Origin: Octopus sinensis | Taxonomy: Eukaryota | NCBI RefSeq assembly: GCF_006345805.1 | Contig: NC_043002.1 | Span: forward strand, 56,916,001 to 56,980,000 | Direction of reading: 5' to 3' | DNA: 64,000 bases | In this document: positions 12,926-26,035 of the stretch, in pieces | Position numbering within the stretch: position 1 is the first letter of the stretch | Layout: each line of letters begins with the position of its first letter | The notes under the pieces: generated by a model | What the model saw: only the letters and a program-made list of their open reading frames with translations | Databases searched by the model: none | Told to the model about the DNA's origin: nothing | Position numbers and translations under genes: made by a program

Positions 12926-13695
12926 AAAAGATAGATGCAAGTATGGTTGTGTGGTTAAGAAGATCATTTTGCAACCACGTGGTTTGGGGTTCAGTCTCAC
13001 TGTACAGCCACTGTGTGTGGCAAAGGGTCCTTTGGGGCTGACCAAATCCAAGTGGATTTGGAAAATGGAAACTGTGTGGAAGCCTGTCGTGTGTGTGTGT
13101 GTGCTCTCTCTCCACCACTTCTTGATAACTGGTGTTTGTTTGTTTGTTTACATCCCCATAACTTAGCGGTTTGGCAGAAGAGGCTAATAGAATCAATATC
13201 AGGCTTAAAAAAAGTGAGTACTGGGTGCAGATCAACGACCGATAAAAGTGAAAAGAAAGACAAATGATGATTACATGACGGATGACTATTAGCAACCCAA
13301 TTATTTATAGAGCAATTAATGAAAAGACGATGGATCAATGCAAAACAACCACAACATCTCTCACTTCTTGCAACAAATACCTAACACAAGATATTGTCCT
13401 TCTCTTTGTTTCTGTAACATATGTCAGATAGGCAGCAACTTATTGCAACATGTAATTATAGTGAAAAACGATTTTCAGTAAGAAAAGCTTGCTTTATGTC
13501 TATTAAAGACAGAAAGAACAAACCTACAGAAATCATTGATTGCCTTTTTGCTCACATGTGACCTTCTTAGCTGGTCTAAGATAGAAGACTAACAAATGAT
13601 ATGGATAAAAGGAAATAAAGACATGAAACGGATTACAGAATTATGGATTGTTTTGATCCAACCCTCCAGATATTGTTCATGATATTTTTGTAGGT

Positions 13696-14055
13696 GTAGG
13701 CGTGGCTGTGTGGTAAGAAGTTTGCTTCCCAACCACATGGTTCCAGGTTCAATCCCACTGCATGGCACCTTGGGTAAACGAATGCCTTGTGAGTGGATTT
13801 GGTAGATGGAAACTGAAAGAAGCCCATTGTATATACATATACATATATTTGTGTTTGTCTGGGCTTGTCCCCCCACCCCATCACTTGACAACCAATGTTG
13901 GCATGTTTACATCCCCGTAACTTAGTGGTTCGGCAAATGAGACCAATAGAATAAGTACTAGGCTTACAAAGAATAAGTCCTGGAGATGATTCGTTCGACT
14001 AAATGTGGTGGCTCCAGCATGACCACAGTCAAATGACTGAAACAAGTAAATGAGT
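13696..14055 (+). mobile_element. tRNA-derived SINE (family B), complete
   Basis: GGCGTGGCTGTGTGGTAAGAAG..GGTTCAATCCC head, TA/TG middle and conserved 3' end. Confidence 0.85.
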
Positions 14056-14259
14056 AAATAATATAGGAGTACCTGATTTCCCAACGACCACATGGTTTCA
14101 GGTTCAAACCCACTGTGCAGCACCTTGGGCAAGTGTTGTCTCCTATAGCTGCGAGCCAAACAAAGCCTTGCAAGTGGATGTGTGGACTTGTTAGGCAAAA
14201 ACTGAAGGAACCCAGCTGGAGCATATGGCATAGTGATAATAATAATAATAATAATAACA

Positions 14260-14440
14260 ACAACATCGAAAAATACCTTAGGAATGAGAACCCTGGTTCG
14301 AAATTTCCCCAAGACACCTAATGAAGGCTGGAGGGTATATCAGTCAAAACGCTGTGTTAACAACAAACAAGATGAGGACAAATATCTGTCAAATATAAAT
14401 AATGTACATAATTCCTTATCTCTTAAATATAGAACTCTAC
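14260..14440 (+). mobile_element. Penelope-like terminal fragment
   Basis: CTAATGAAGGCTGGAGGGTATATCAGTCAAAACGCTGTG resembles the TGATGAAG...CCGAAACG end motif of Penelope-like elements (family assignment from memory). Confidence 0.4.
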
Positions 14441-15054
14441 TCTCATCTGCCCCATAAAAACATGATAAAGCAGATGATGATGAATAATGACATTGCCTTT
14501 GAAACATGAGGGGTCTCTTGCTCTAGATTGGAGATGCTGAAACCTCTTACTGATAAAATTTCGTCGTTATCATCATCATCATCATTAATGTCCCTTTTCC
14601 CATGCTAGCATGGATTAGATGGTTCAACATGAGCTGATGTATGGAATTGAGGCATGGTCTATGTTGTAGTGGAAAGGGTACACCCCTCCTATGGGACAAG
14701 TGGTACGATCCAGCCACTATAAAGTGAGATGACATCAACCAGTACAGGGAGTCATGTGTCAGTCGGTTGTAGAGTCATATGAGTTCTCAGCTGGAGCTAA
14801 GTGTCAATTACGTGTTATAGTCAAGTTCAAGCCACAGTCAAGGTAAACGGTTCAAATTCCGTGTCTTGCAGAGCTATCAGCGATAGCATGATAGACAAAG
14901 CGGTGTATTGTCATTCCTGTAGAGAAGAGACACACTGTATCTGATACCAAGAAAGTATCGTGGCTACTAGAGAAAATACAACAGCTACAGTCAGAACAGT
15001 GGTCACACATTTTAACTGTGGATAACATCACATTATAACAGTCTATAACATCAG

Positions 15055-15435
15055 GAACGAGAAGGTGCTTGGAGAGCTGTGGAATGTCGTTCTTAAGGAG
15101 AGTATTGAGGACAGCACAGACAAAGTGTGTAATGAAAAAGTGATGACTCAGGCTATGGAAAATAGGAAACTGCTTTGTGAGATAAGAGCCAAGCAACAGA
15201 GATTTCTTGATCATGTGATGAGGAAAGAGGGCCTGGAGAATTTAGTGATGATTGGAAAGATTGAAGGGAAAAGAAGCAGGAAAAAGATGATATGGATATC
15301 AAACTTGATGAAATGGCTGGAAGAAAGAGGCATTAAACATCAGGAAGAAGTGGAAGTGTTATAGAAAATAAAGAACGGAAAATTGTGGCAGGACACGATC
15401 ACCTATGTCCTACATTCTGGACATAGCACCTAAAG
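15055..15435 (+). mobile_element. RTE-clade LINE, decayed ORF C-terminus
   Basis: ..STDKVCNEKVM..LLCEIRAKQQRFLDHVMRKEGLENLVMIGKIEGKRSRKK.. is the typical RTE C-terminal (GHxMR..GKIEGKRxRGR) segment. Confidence 0.75.
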
Positions 15436-15679
15436 AAAAGAAACTGTAAATCACTTTACAGAGGTTTTTGTTTTTTGTTTTTTTTGTGGTACCAGTACTG
15501 GTAAGGTTACCAGGTATCATCTGCAAGATAAGACACCTCAACTGAGTAGGTTATAGTATCAGGGGATATGAAAGTATGATGGAGGAGGAGTGAGATGAGG
15601 AGTAGGTGTTTTTGCTACTCTAATTATAATGTTCAACATTATAACATTGCTCACTTACATATATTTGTAAGTTATATAC

Positions 15680-16195
15680 CGAGACCTTTGGAGATATGCT
15701 TGCTTGAGAAGACCTGGCAAGCCAAATGAGATCGTAGCCACAGTTGATGCCAGTGTCGCATAACTGGCCTGTTCAAAAGTACACTTCAATTGTCGGGCAA
15801 TATGCTGTGCTTGAGAAGACCTGTTGAGTCAAGTGAAATCATTGCTGTGGCCAATGTCAGTGCCATCTGGCTGGCACTCATGCCGGTGGCCAATGCCAAT
15901 GGCACACGAAAAGTGTGGTCGATGCCAGTGCTGCTTGACTGGCTCTCATGCTGGTGGCATGTAAAAAGCACCATTTGAGAGTGGTTGATTCTAGTGCTGC
16001 CTGACTGACCCCTATGCCGGTGGCACATAAAATCACCCACTCTAGGAGTAGTTGGTGTTAGGAAGAGCATTCAGCTATAGAAACCTTGCCAGAACAGAAA
16101 GGAGCCTGATGCAGCCTCCTGGATTGCCAGTCCTCAATCAAACTGTCCAACCCATGCAAGCATGGAAAACGGATGTTAAACAGTGATGACGACGA
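15680..16195 (+). mobile_element. Family A RTE 3' end
   Basis: GAGACCTTTGGAGATATGCT..GAGAAGACC occurs twice, followed by units, core and GAT/GAC tail. Confidence 0.7.
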
Positions 16196-16335
16196 CAAAA
16201 TAAGGCTGAAAATGTATAAGAGACAAAAATAAAGAAGAATCATATTAATAACAATAATTATATTTCTAACAAGAAGGTCATAGATGAGTCAGAAGTTTAT
16301 AATGTTTATTCAGGTAGAACTACTACTACACTTTG

Positions 16336-16705
16336 TGGAGCGCAATGGCTTAGTGGTTAGGGCAGCGGATTTGCAGTTGTAGGATTGCAGTTTCAATTTC
16401 TAGACCAGGTGTTGTGAGTGTTTATTAAGCGAAAACACCTAAAGCTCCACAAGGCTCTGGCAGGGGTGGTGGTGAACTCTGCTGTACTCTTTCACCACAA
16501 CTTTCTCTCACTCTTTCTTCCTGTTTCTGTTGTACCTGTATTTCAAAGGGCCAGCCTTGTCACACTCTGTGTCGTGCTGAATCTCCCCGAGAACTACGTT
16601 AAGGGTACACGTATCTGTGGAGTGTTCAGCCACTTACACAAGCAGGCTGTTCCATTGATTGGATCAATTGGAATCCTCGTCATTGTAATCGACAGAGTGC
16701 CACTA
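16336..16705 (+). mobile_element. tRNA-derived SINE (family C)
   Basis: GCGCAATGGCTTAGTGGTTAGGGCAG tRNA-like head. Body (AAGGGCCAGCCTTGTCACACTCTGTGTCGTGCTGAATCTCCC) is shared with 18175-18465 (+) and 38540-38880 (-). Confidence 0.75.
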
Positions 16706-19047
16706 CACTTTGGTTTATTCTCATGTGTCTAATTTTCACCTATAGTCAATGGCTTGGAGAGATTTGGGCTTTGCTTGGAAGATTTTACTCTGGACATGGT
16801 GGTGGTGGTGGTGAAGGATCTGTGTCATTCGACCAAGATTCAATAATTCTTGCTTTGTGAGTTACTTGTTGACCTCACTGGTGCCAGTGCCAAGTAAGAA
16901 GCACCTAGACCACTCTGCAGAGTAATTGGCATTAGGAAGGACATCCAACTATAGAAACCATGCCAAAACAGATAACTGGGGCCTGGTGGAGCTCTCTGGT
17001 TTACCAGCTCCTGTCAAACCATCCAACCCATGACAGCATGGAAAATGGATGTTAAATGATGATGATGATCTGTAACCTTTTATCTTTGACTTCTTTCAGC
17101 CATGAGACTGTGGCCATACTGGGGCACTGCCTCGAAGAATTTTAGTCAAATGAATCAACCCCAGTCCTTATTTCTGAAAGCCTGGTATTCTATCAGTCTC
17201 TTTTGTTGAGCTGCTAAGTTACAGGGATGTAAACACACCAACACATACACACAAAATAGGCTTCTTTCAGTTTTCGTCTAGCAAATTCCCCCACAAGGCT
17301 TTCGTTGGCTGAAGGCTATAGTAGAAAAAACTTGCTCAAGGTACCATGCAGTAGAACGGAACCTGGAACCATGTGGTTGGGAAGCAGACTTCTTACCACA
17401 CAGGCACACCTACACCTATTTACGAATCAAAAAAATTAAGAAAACACCTTCAGTGACTAACAACACCATTATAGTAGGAGTAATATTTACTTATGAAGAG
17501 AATCCTTTGTATGTAAATGACCCTGTAACCCCTGTAAAGGGTCACACAATACTCTAATCCCTCATAACAATTTGTATTCTAAACTTCTGTTCTCCAGAGC
17601 ATTGCTGATATGCTTCAATGGCCTGTTATAAATTTGAGTTATGTTTCTGTCCCTTCCATTTTATGTTCGTTAATTCCTCCTAAACCATTGGTGCAAGGAC
17701 AAACAAAACTCAGAGGAGCAACTCTCCTTATCCCAGGGAATATCCTAAGGGGGTCTATTTTTTTTAAGGGCCACCTAATAGGGGGCCCACTGACCCCTTT
17801 TTTTTACTGCATTGTAAACTAAATACATGGCATTGGCAACTAAATTGGAGCAATTACAATGAATTTCATACCATGAACTCCCAGGGAGTATCGTAAGGTG
17901 GTTCAATTTCTGAAGGACCGCTTAAATGGGGCCCCACTGATGCCCAATTTTTACTGGATTTACCTCGCTCCTATACTTATTGATTAAACTATGATCAGCA
18001 TCAGTGCTTAGCACATTTGCAGAAATAAGTTTGGGCATTACATTACACAATGATAGAGGGCCATGAAATGACCCAATAGTGGGGCCGAAGGCCTCAAAAG
18101 TGCCTTCTGCAGGAGCTAACCTGAATGCTACCTGAATGGTGGCTTCAAGGCTAGTTATGATATAACTACAGTGAAGGCACATGGCTTTGTGGTTGGGGTA
18201 TTCAGCTCTCCATTGTGAGTTCAATTCCCAGAAGCATGTTGTGTCCTTGAGCCAGACACGTTATTTCATGTTGCTCCAGATCCACTCACCTGGCAAAAAT
18301 AAGTTGTACCTGCAAATTGAAAGGGGCCAGCCATGTCACATTCTGTATCATGCTGAATCTCCCTGAGAACTACATTAATGGTATGTGTGTCTGTTGATTA
18401 CATGAGCAGGCTGTTCTGTTGATCGGATCAACTGGAACCCTTGTCGTTGTAACTGACCGAATGCCATTATAATATGAAGACTATGAAATTGGTTTGCAGA
18501 TAATGACAGGTGTGAAACAGTAACTGCACAGTGTTAGGGGGGAGGGTAAATGAAGGAAAGATGGGGAGAAGAGAGAAAGAGAGAGAGAGGAATGTGAAGA
18601 AAAAGCAAGAGGGAAAAGAAAAGCAAAGAGATGCAGAAAGAGTGAGAAAAGGGAATGAGAGAGAAAGAAAAAGAAAAGCAAGAGATGGAGAAAGAGAAAG
18701 ACAAAATGAAAAAGAAAAAAACCCTCACATATTACAACACTAGCAGAACCTTTTACAAAATTGGAGAGCTGTATGAAATTATAGCAAACTGCTTTAATAT
18801 ACAAAAGATTATTGTTGTTGTTGTCGTTATTATTGTATACAAACATACAAAGTCATGAATGATGCTAAAATCAATACCAATCAACAAAACTGACGGACTA
18901 TTTCAAATAAAGTGAACAAAATATATCTAAATAAGTAAATAAATTTTTGGTCTAATTCTGTCTTTGATAATTCACTTTGGTTTTCAATCCCTGTGGTAGT
19001 TGTTTCACTTCATTTGTCTTCTGAGGAGCAGTGATTGACGGAATAAA

Positions 19048-19104
<57 letters not shown>

Positions 19105-19505
19105 GAGAGAGAGAGAGAGAGAGAGAAAGAAAGAAAGATTAAAGAAAAACAGAGTTATGCCTGGAAATAGAGACGATTTAGAGATCGAGTTAGAGGGAGG
19201 AAGAGAGAGAAAGATGGTGAGGGGGGCTTGAGATGCGTAGGGACAAACAGAGAAAAAGAGGGAGGGGTTTAGAGAGACAGATAAAGTGAGGAAAAGAAAG
19301 AGGGTGGAAACAGCCAGACAAGCAACATCACTGCCATCACCACCACACTTTTATGACTACTTTTCACGGCTGTCTCTAATATATATTGTGTTTTTAAACA
19401 CAACATATCCACAAGAGATATTATCTCTGAATGAATATCGCAGTAAATTTGCATTCTGCGATGTATTTACAATAAGAACGTCGCAGATGGCGCTATATAT
19501 ATATA

Positions 19506-19761
19506 TTATTGAGTTAGAAAACAGAGATCTAATGGATACAAATTAATTTATTAATTAATCAACATATTAACCAACAATTGTTTCATTTCTCAAATAAGAT
19601 TAGAATTACAAAACATATACAAAAATATAATTTTGCATTTTTTAATATACGTTTCGGAATTTTAATCTTATTTGAGAAATGAAACAATTGTTGGTTAATA
19701 TGTTGATTAATTCATAAATTAATTTGTAACCATTAGATCTCTCTGTTTTCTAACCCAATAA
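19506..19761. repeat. Long fold-back / MITE-like inverted repeat (~115-bp arms)
   Basis: TTATTGAGTTAGAAAACAGAG.. pairs with ..CTGTTTTCTAACCCAATAA. Includes a perfect 50-bp core, AATTAATCAACATATTAACCAACAATTGTTTCATTTCTCAAATAAGATTA. Confidence 0.85.
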
Positions 19762-19942
19762 AAATGTTTGATATCTTGTGATATTCTATATCATATATTC
19801 ATTTAAGAATTATCTATTCAAAATTTAATATATTAATGAATATATCTTGGATAAATATCCCTATAAGAGGTTTGAAAATCCCCGTAGTGATTGTATGTGT
19901 GTGTTTGTATATACATATAAATGTATGTATGGTGTGTGTGTG

Positions 19943-19974
<32 letters not shown>

Positions 19975-20314
19975 GACATACACACATTAAGCATAAATTT
20001 CAGAGTCCATAATTTACAGCTGTTTCACTGGCATTAAGTATCATTTATAAAACTGAACTATTTAATTTAATTTGAAAGCGATGTGTTATGCATATCATCA
20101 GGAGAGAAAAAAATGATGACAATGATGATGATGAACTATAAACTAAAGCTAGGTTTTTGGTATGCTGCATGAGTGCACCTAATTTAAGGTATTTCACAGC
20201 AGCTGCATCACCAATACACTTGAGAAAAGCAAGAATGTCTAAACTTGTATTCTAAAAGCACAAGACCTGTGTATCTAACAAACAGAAACTAATATTGAGA
20301 CTGATGAGGATGTG

Positions 20315-20570
20315 AATCATCATCATCATTGTTGTTTAACATCTGCTTTCCATGCTGGCATGGGTTGGATGGTTTTACTGAGGACTGGCAAGCCAGGAGG
20401 CTGTACAATGCTCCAATCGGATCTGGTAGGGTTTCTATGGCTGGATGCCCTTCCTAATGCTAACCAGTCTGAGAGTGTAGTGGGTGCTTTTTACATGCCA
20501 CCAGCACAGGAGCCAGTCAGGTGGGACTGGCATTGACCATGCTTGAATGGTGCTTTTTACGTGCCACCAT
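20315..20570 (-). mobile_element. Family A 3' end
   Basis: Tail and core in minus orientation. Confidence 0.75.
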
Positions 20571-20889
20571 GATCAAGACAAAGATGATGATGAGGGGTAT
20601 GGCATTATTGATAATAGTTCTGTATTTAACCTTTGACATCTGTTTCTAGTGACAGCAACCATTGACTTTCTCTTAGAATATAAACTCTCAAGTTGTCACC
20701 ATCATTGTTTTAGAAACGATGCCAAAGTAGACGTTGGGGCTTAGCACAGTTCTTTGGCTTATGTCAAGCTCCACTGCCAAACAATCCAACCCATGTCTGC
20801 ATGGAACACAGATGTTAAATGATGGTGATGATTTTTCCATGCAGGCAAAGATAGGATAGAATGTCATGGTTGGGTTCAGCACATACTTG

Positions 20890-21187
20890 ATGAACCATCC
20901 GAACGTGGCCATTGCCAGCGCCGCCCTGACTGGCCTCCGTGCCGGTGGCACATAAAAAGCACCATCCGATCGTGGCCGTTGCCAGCCTCGTCTGGCACAT
21001 ATGCCGGTGGCACGTAAAAAGCACCCACTACACTCACGGAGTTGTTGGCATTAGGAAGGGCATCCAGCTGTAGAAACACTGCCAGATCAGACTGGGCCTG
21101 GTGCAGCCTTCTGGCTTCCCAGACTCCAGTTGAACCGTCCAACCCATGCTAGCATGGAAAGCGGATGTTAAACGATGATGATGATGA
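20890..21187 (+). mobile_element. Family A 3' end, well preserved
   Basis: Units, core and AACCCATGCTAGCATGGAAAGCGGATGTTAAACGATGATGATG tail. Confidence 0.8.
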
Positions 21188-21848
21188 TTGCTTATCTAGA
21201 TGGATTCAGAACCCTCATCTCACACGTTTCATTTTTGACTTGGTACCTTCAGCTGGATGCTCTTCTTAACCAATCCCATTAGAGTATAGAGAGGTGTCCA
21301 GACTAAAGGGACCTCACAACACATTTCTACTTGCTTGTTAGTTACTTCACAGTGTGTGTGAGAGAGAGAGAGAGAGAGTTGGGGAAGAGAATAACAACAG
21401 TAAAATGTTTAAGACACACAGACAATCATATGTCTCTTTATCATCATTTTAACATCTACTTTTCCATGTTTGCATGGTTGGATGGAGTTTTTTGTTTTAG
21501 GCATATTTTTTAAGGCCTTTCTGTTGCCAACCCTCACCTGTTTCCAATTGAGGTTATATTTCCTCATGGCCAGACAGGTTTTCACAGAAGACTGGAAATG
21601 AATGCCATTTACAACAATCACATGACATCAAAACAAGAAGACACAAACATACACAGATATACATCAGAGTATCGCAGTATCAACCAAACCATCAGATTTT
21701 GACATACACCACTAGTTACAATGTGCTTCAGATTCCGTCTTAATTACACCTCTCTTTTCTGCCTTGACCCAAATTGTTTGAATAAATCATCTTCGCAGCA
21801 TCATGGAGACCTCCATAGTGGCCTTCATGTCAATCTCTTGGATATATA

Positions 21849-21945
21849 TATATATTTGTAAAAAAGAAGTTTGAAAATGCTACTATATTAGATAAAATTT
21901 ATCTAATATAGTGGCATTTTCAAACTTCTTTTTTACAAATATATA
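21849..21945. repeat. Near-perfect 97-nt palindrome / hairpin
   Basis: 48-bp arms centred on 21897 with a single mismatch (GCTAC versus GTGGC, a G-U pair in plus-strand RNA). Confidence 0.9.
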
Positions 21946-21971
21946 CCCACTCGTATACAATCTACTCTTAT

Positions 21972-22022
<51 letters not shown>

Positions 22023-22028
22023 TTCTAT

Positions 22029-22414
22029 TCTTTTACTTGCTTCAGTCATTTGACTGCTACCATGCTAGAGCACTGCCTTTAGTTGAACAAATTGACCCCA
22101 GGACTTATTCTTTGTAAACCTAGTACTTATTCTATTGGCCTCTTTAGCCAAACTGCTAAGTTACGGGGATGTAAACACACCAATATTGGTTGTTAATCAA
22201 TGATGGGGGGAACAAAAACAGCTACACAAACACACACACATACATATATATATACACATACACGATGGGCTTCTTTCAGTTTCCGTTGACCAAATCCATT
22301 CACAAGGCTTTGGTCAGCCTGAGGCTATGGTAGAAGACACTTGCCCAAGGTGACTCACAGTGGGATTGAACCTGGAACCATGTGGTTAGAAAGCAAGCTT
22401 CTTACCACACAGCC
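22029..22414 (-). mobile_element. tRNA-derived SINE (family B), complete
   Basis: Reverse complement of the 13696 copy. Confidence 0.85.
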
Positions 22415-22438
22415 AATTCTGTTCATATATACTTGCAT

Positions 22439-22508
<70 letters not shown>

Positions 22509-24198
22509 ATACATACACACACATGCACCATACGTACTCATAAATATATTACACCCTTAGCTTGGGGTCAAAATAGGTATTTGCAGTTGACTTGCAGATA
22601 GGTTGCACTATAATCTGGAGAGTTACATGGTCCTTTTTAACATAAATATGCTTACAAATATTAAAACATTATTAAAACTTTTAAACTAAGAATTGGGGTG
22701 AATCGATGTTGTCAAAAACATCAATATGCAGACTTCTGGTTTGCACTTTTTAATAAACAGATGTCACAAAAATATTTCTATAACAACTAGAAAGGCCCAG
22801 GCCCAGGGTATGCACCTAGACTACTGATATACCACTGTCTACTTCAGATTCCTGTGATGTCAAGTGGACAGGTTACACTCCTGATTTCTTATCGAATTTT
22901 TAGGTAAAGAAAAGTGCGACCTATCGGTGAGTATATACAGTATATATATATATATATATATATATATGTAAAATGGGTTTCTTTCCGTTTCCATCTAAGT
23001 TCATTCACAAAGCTTTGGTTGGCCAGGGCTATAATAAAAGACAGTTGCACAAGGTGCCATGCAATGGGGTTGAACCTGAAACCATGTGGTTGGGAAGCAA
23101 TCATCCAAACCCCACATCCCACCCCTACACCTATTTGTGAAATGATATCTTTTGTTTTTGTTATTTTTACCACCATAAATCAAAACCCGCCCGGGGGGGG
23201 GGGGTCTCCACCAAACTACCTAGCCCCCTACCGTCACCCCACTGCCCATCTTCTCTGCTGTTTCTGAAATTGGATTCAAAGCTGGTAAACTTTACAAAAC
23301 ACACAAAGGAGGGAGGATTCTTGATTCCAAGCTGTTGTGTTTGTTGGTGACTGAGACACTAAAGTACATGTGAACCACAACTGCCTCCTTACACAAAATA
23401 TTTATTTCTAGTTTTGTCTTCGCTGTTGTTGTTGTTGTTGTTATGGAGTTGATAAGATAAAATAAGCATCAGTCATCTACTGGAGTGTGAGCTGGGAGTG
23501 AGGGAGGGCATTGATTTATTTCACTGAAAGCCTTCCCTTAAACCCCAAACTGTTCAATAAATTAATTTTTTTTTAATTATCTCTTCCTTACAACGCTCTG
23601 ACTCATTCATCCCAATATAAACTAACGTTTGTATTCACACACACACACACACACACACGATAGGCTTCTTTCAGCTTCCATCTATCAAATCTACTCACAA
23701 AGCTTTGGTTGGCTCAAGGCTATAAGAAAAGACACTTGCCCAAGGTGCCATGTAGTAGGATTGAACCTGGTACCATGTGGTTGGGAAGCAAGCTTCTTGC
23801 CACACAGCCACACCTGTAAAAACACACAGGCACAAAAGTATATAGGGAGACTGCTTCTGGGTGTGATGAGGTCAGCGTCTTTTGAGTCTTTGGAAGATCA
23901 TGTTGTGGGAACTGTCAATATGTCCAGGGAAAGTATGTGGTAGGGGTTTGAGCAGTTTGGAAAGAAATCAAGAAATTTCAGTAACGATACTTTCCATCCC
24001 TCGCTTTTCCAAATGTCAGATGAAAGGGTCATTGCCCCCAAATATAGAAATATAAGGAAAAACTACAAACTTTGTTTTGTTTCCTTTTTCGTGCTTTACT
24101 TTATATCTTTTCACATTGTTCTGGTCTTACCCAACAGGTCTCTAATGTATTACCACACAAAGCTTCATCAAAACTACTCCAGTTTAGAGAGGGGGGGT

Positions 24199-24315
<117 letters not shown>

Positions 24316-24689
24316 TGTGTGTGTGTGATTAGCAGCTACTTTTAACAAGATATCAGCCTTCTTACGTATCATGCCACCAGTGCTAAAGGTATATATAATG
24401 CCATCCATTGTTGCTAAAACAATATACAATGACATCTAGAAGACAGACAAACCAAGGACAAACATAAAAAGTATTGCTGGCATTGAGCACATTAATACAG
24501 GTATGGATGAGTGGTTAAGAAGTTTGCTAACCAACAATGTGGTTTTGAGTTCAAACCTACTGTGCAGTACCTTGGCTAAATATTTTCTGCCATAGACTCA
24601 AAGAAATTGCATGGAAACTTGAGCAATTATGCATTTTTGAGGGAGTGTTTGTGTATGTATGTGTTTTTGTGCATGAGTGTGTGGGTGTA

Positions 24690-25575
24690 TTAGGTTGTCC
24701 AGAAATGGTATGGCACATTCTATTTGTATGGTACAAATAGAGTGTGCCATCGTATTTTACATAGAACATATGTTTATTCAAAAGTTTTCAAGATCTTATG
24801 ATTCCTTCCTTTACAGGTCAGATTAATCAGCCCCAGCAACAGCATGCACAAAGAAGGACTTGCATATGATTTTTCTTTCAGACTTCAAACTAGTGAAGAA
24901 TACTTCTGAAACTGCAGGAGGCATCAACCAAGCGTTTGGTCGAGGATTGTTTGCACAGTACAGCATTGGTTTCAGAAATTTCAGCAAGGAGATGAGAGTC
25001 TTAAGATCTTGATTGTCCAGGATGGAAACGATTCTTTGATGACAACACGCTGAGGGAAGCAGCAGAAGAAGATAGTCAAACATCTGTCTATCAAGAATAT
25101 TGGGATGACTGGAAAATGGGAAAAGAGGGGTAAATGGGTTCTGACAAAGGACCTGAAAAGTTGATGATGTAAGATCAGTGAAACCCAGTTGCTGAGAAAT
25201 CAGAATGACCAATTTCTTGAATGGATCACAGCATGTGATGGAAAAAGGATTCTTTACAACAGGAAAAGATCTGCAGAATGGCCGACAAACATGAAGCATT
25301 GAGGCATTTCCCAAAGCCTGAGTTCCACTGGAAAAAGTGCATGTTGACAGGATGAGTGATAGTATGAATGACAATATGAGTGCTAGTATGAATGACAGTA
25401 TGATTGATAGCAAGAGTGACAGTATGATTGATAGCAAGAGTGACAGTATGGCTACATGTTGGTAAAATGCATTCAACCACTTGGAAATTACTTTGATTAA
25501 ACTTGCTGTCAATGAACTTTATTTTCATTTTAAAATTTGGAACTTAAAAATGTTATTATTTTCTGGACAGTCTAA
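24690..25575 (+). mobile_element. Decayed, internally deleted mariner (DD34D-type) element with both TIRs
   Basis: TA|TTAGGTTGTCCAGAAAT ... TTTCTGGACAGTCTAA|TA. Frameshifted transposase remnants include WFQKFQQGDESL, KRGKWV, LLRNQNDQFLEWITACDGKRILY and HFPKPEFHWKKCML. Confidence 0.8.
25346..25450. repeat. 24-bp minisatellite (about 4.4 units) inside the mariner remnant
   Basis: Units GACAG(G/T)ATGA(G/T)TGATAG.. start at 25346, 25370, 25394, 25418 and 25442 (partial); the 25394 and 25418 units are identical. Confidence 0.8.
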
Positions 25576-25629
25576 TACATGTATGTGTGTGTGTGTGTGT
25601 GTATAAAAGTAATTATGTTAAATTATATC

Positions 25630-26035
25630 ATCATCATCATTTAATATGTTTTTTGCATGCAGACATAGCTTGGATGGTTTGACAGGAGCTGGTTAGCAAA
25701 AGAACTGTCCAGGCTACAACTGTCTGTTTTGGCATGGTCTCTACAGCTGGATGCCCTTCCTAATGCCAACCACTTTACAGAGAGTACTTTTTACGTGACA
25801 CTGGCACTTATGAGTCTGCAGGACAGGGATCTCTCAGCTCACAGAGGGGTCTGTATGTATAGATAGCCTCAATTTTACCTCGCTTGAAATGTCTCCTCAA
25901 GCACAGCAAATTACCAGAAGTTGTGGGCCCTTGTTATCTCCTCAGTGAGACCTATCATCTTAAGATCCTTTCTCACTACTTTGTCCCATGTCTTCCTGGG
26001 CCTACCCCTTTCACATGTTCTCTCCACAATTAGAG
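25630..26035 (-). mobile_element. Family A RTE 3' end, diverged
   Basis: Tail, core and C-terminal coding remnant (CCCATGTCTTCCTGGGCCTACC). Confidence 0.65.

Noticed and set aside
16340-16415. tRNA gene candidates (also heads at 13696, 49452, 58085)
   Set aside because: A/B-box-like heads run straight into SINE bodies, with no complete cloverleaf evident by eye.
23193-23204. G12 run as a G-quadruplex or regulatory element
   Set aside because: A single homopolymer that may be a sequencing artefact; no supporting context.
24823-25512. Longest ORF in the track (229 aa, minus)
   Set aside because: It is the antisense reading of a mariner remnant plus a minisatellite; no independent homology.
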